A stretch of DNA of 64,000 nt, from NCBI GenBank assembly GCA_905178155.1, contig CAJINV010000001.1:10472311-10536310 (forward strand), written 5' to 3'. A program made the translations under genes and the position numbers. Each line of letters starts with the position of its first letter. Within the stretch, counting starts at the first letter, position 1. The notes under the pieces were generated by a model, which saw nothing but the letters and a program-made list of their open reading frames with translations, ran no database searches and had not been told where the DNA came from. Below, one piece after another: positions 61,159-64,000 of this stretch. The stretch is from Amoebophrya sp. A120. Taxonomy: Eukaryota > Protista > Dinoflagellata.

Positions 61159-63232
61159 ATGGAGCGCAGCAACATGAGGAATCAGACGGTGGCTGTCGCC
61201 GGGCGACAGTTCAACCCGCTGGAACAGGATGAGTCGGTGCTCCGCAAGGGCGAGCGTTCCAACACTTTGCCGACCAGTTTCCGTCGTGGTGATTTGGAAA
61301 TCAAGGAAGCCGACTTGAAGGACCTCGAGCAGCGCCAGGCAGCGTTGAAGGGTAATAACTCCGATTTAGCCTCATGTCAGTGCATCTTGTCTTGCGTGAC
61401 ACTTCTCCTTCTTCTTCATCACATTCCGCGTCGAAAATGATTTGTGCTACGCTCGTCGCGCTCAAATTCAAGAGTGCATATGCATCGAAAATCAAAAACT
61501 AAATCAGGTCGTCAGCGACGTGGGTCTATCAACTTGACGAAGGTCGATGAGAAGGACATGGCACACTACTGGGAAGAATGCAAGGACATTGACCTGCACT
61601 TGCACGGCAAGCTCTCAGCAATCCAATCTGACAACGTCCCTGGCGCTGAGCGGGAGGCTGTGTTGTACAAGCTGAAGGTAGAAATCGAGCTTCTTGTTTC
61701 AGATTCCTTTAGCCACCGTGACCGTTCCTAATGCTGAAATATGCAAATGTTCTTCACCTTCATCATCCAACAGGAGCCGAAGCTGCTGCAGGAGAAGTAC
61801 AAGTTTATCTACTCCTGCGTGAAGGGTGCCAAGGGCTACAACGACACAACCCCGAACCAAGACAACTTCTCCTACACCGTCTTCCAGGGCTGGGACATCA
61901 TCATCATCATGGACGGTCACGGTCCCTGCGGGCACCGCGTCTCCGCGCGCTGCGTGCAGACCATCGCCTTCTACCTGTGCACGAACTTGAAGTGGGGAAA
62001 AGGTATTGCAGCAAGCTTTTCATCTATGACTAAATCCACATCATCAGCAGATTATCCTGCTGTTTTGTACGTGTACTGCAAATCTTCAAAATTAATGCGA
62101 GTGCGACGCAAACAAGCGCCCCCGACACCGACACACAACATAACACAAAAATGCTCTTCCGAAACTCCACAGACATGAAGGGCGCTATGAAGGACGCGTT
62201 CGCCAAGGCTTCCGAAGACGTGCTCGCGTACGCCATTGAAAACGATATTGACGTGCAAGCCTCCGGATCCACCTGCGTCATGTACATGCACAACGGCGAG
62301 CAGTACTACACGGCGAACGTCGGGGATTCCCGGGCGGTGATTGGATACGAGGGGGAGAAGGAAGTCGTCTTCGAAACCGCGGACCACAAGCCGAACTCGC
62401 CGGAAGAAAAGAAACGCATCGAAGCGAATGGCGGTGAGATCAGAACGCTGCGCTACGACGACTTCACGGTGGACCGTATCTTCGTCAAGGGCTGCGACTT
62501 ATCAACTGCAAAAATGTCTGGGTCTGGAAGCGTCGGGGCTTGTCATGCACATTTTGCATGACCCGTGAGGTCTGTGATGCTGGTGCAAGCATCACAGATT
62601 TTTTGAGAGCTTCTTGATGGTGATTACGCATGAGAGCTGCCCTCCCCGCGTGCCAAGAACTGACTCCTCTTGCTGCTTATGCAACACAGACATTTTTAGA
62701 ATCCGCAGACAGCATTACAAGTTCCACTCTTCCAGACCCAGACATTTTTGCATTCGATACGACTACCCCGGTCTCTGCATGTCCCGGTCCTTCGGGGATG
62801 AGTGCGTCAAGGGCTGCGGTGTCACCTCCGAACCGGAAGTCACCGGACCAACCAAGGTATCTTTAGGGTAGCGGTGATGGTGGTACTTAATACATAGGCT
62901 TTCCGACTCATCATTTGCTCGTGTCGTAATCTTATCATCCCACGATTACGAAAGTTGTCGATTTATTACAATAAAACGTCTACTGTCGAAACAAAAAACA
63001 GCTCGACCTCTCCCGCAATCCGTTCCTGGTGATCGCTTCCGATGGTGTGTGGGAGTTCATCGAGAGCGCTTGGTGCGTGAAGGCGATTGTGAAAAAGCTG
63101 TCCCAGGAGCCGGCCGAGCGAATCATGCAGAAGCTGTCCAAAGAGGCCCGGCGGCGATGGAAACAGGAAGAAGGCGAGTACTGTGACGATATTACGGTCT
63201 GCTTCATGCAGATGAACCGCCATATGAAGTAA
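61159..63232 (+). CDS. Protein phosphatase 2C (PPM family)
   Basis: Motifs PNQDN, MDGHG, SGST, ANVGDSR, DHKP, MSRSFGD, IASDGVWEF and DDIT. GT-AG introns at 61352-61507, 61678-61773, 62003-62172 and 62857-63001, plus introner I. Confidence 0.94.
62500..62759. mobile_element. Introner I (main TIR family)
   Basis: TATCAACTGCAAAAATGTCTGGGTCTGGAAG...CTTCCAGACCCAGACATTTTTGCATTCGATA. TSD CGACT. Removing 265 nt gives RIFVKGCD-YPGLCMSRSFGD. Confidence 0.95.
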
Positions 63233-64000
63233 ATTCGCGTACTAACTATGTAGTCGGTCGCTATTCTCCTCTACTTCAGCCCGTTTCGGAAAGAATTCGC
63301 TCCGCCGATATGTCGAATGACAATGCTCTGGTATTCCACCTTGCAGTTTTGCTCTTATTTCTTCCTGTTGGATTTCTATGCGTTGCTTGAAAGAGCGGGT
63401 CGTCACAGTAAAAAAAGTTTGACTTGTTAGGTGATTCATTAACGAAGGTGTCATGTTTTTGGTATAACAGTTTGATTCAGATTCTAAACTTCAACTTGTA
63501 AACTCAATTTCGTTGCTTGTACTATGTATTGCGTGCAAAATTCGTTTCACATAAATTGAAATCAGTGAAGAATGTAGCCTATCTGACAGCAGTAGAGTAA
63601 GTCGAAAATCGCAGAGGATGGAAAACATCACCTGCTGGGGTGCTGTGGAAGAAATTTTAAATTTGTAGCCTTGCATAGAAATCGGATTTACAAAGCATGA
63701 ATAGTGAACTCCAGCATATTCCCGTAGATGTAGTGCGCTCCGTTTCATCGAGCCTGTTGTAGGTGTACAAAAAGACAAACGAAAATAAGTTTTAAATGGT
63801 TTGGTGTCATTTTGGGAAAAGATCAAAAAGGTAAAATGATGTGTCATGATAACGGAAGCGAAAAGCCGCCCTCGTTCCGTCGCGGAAGGAGCTGGTTCTT
63901 TCTGTGCGTCCCCTCGCCGCGTCATTCGCTCCCATTCACGCGTCGCTCTTGGTCCTAACGAGATGATTTCAAGAGTTTGATATCGATCCATTCGATGAGA

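Noticed and set aside
2347-62871. Recurrent peptides such as [30 protein letters not shown] and KMSGSG in many short ORFs
   Set aside because: They are six-frame translations of the introner TIR, not a protein repeat family.

Overview
This window is gene-dense eukaryotic DNA in which all 11 reconstructed protein genes lie on the + strand. Genes: a hypothetical protein, a fused NADH glutamate synthase (GLT1-type), an OS-9/erlectin-like protein, two PP2C phosphatases, a RAP-domain protein, an RS-rich KH/FHA protein, CBP20, an ABCB transporter and two other hypotheticals. The main signal is nine 146-279 bp insertions inside coding exons. All nine begin TAT, eight end ATA (one AAA), and each has 25-35 bp terminal inverted repeats and a 5-bp target-site duplication (TSD). 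None has usable GT-AG ends. In all nine, removing the element plus one TSD copy restores the reading frame, so they look like transposon-derived non-canonical introns (introners). Several TIR families share an internal TGTNATGC motif. A 2.67-kb non-coding TIR element with the same 5-bp TSD rule and internal telomere-like repeats lies between genes. Co-orientation, RAP protein and IR-introners suggest a syndinian dinoflagellate such as Amoebophrya (inference; introners are already known as a class there). Exon and intron boundaries were worked out by hand, without RNA data.
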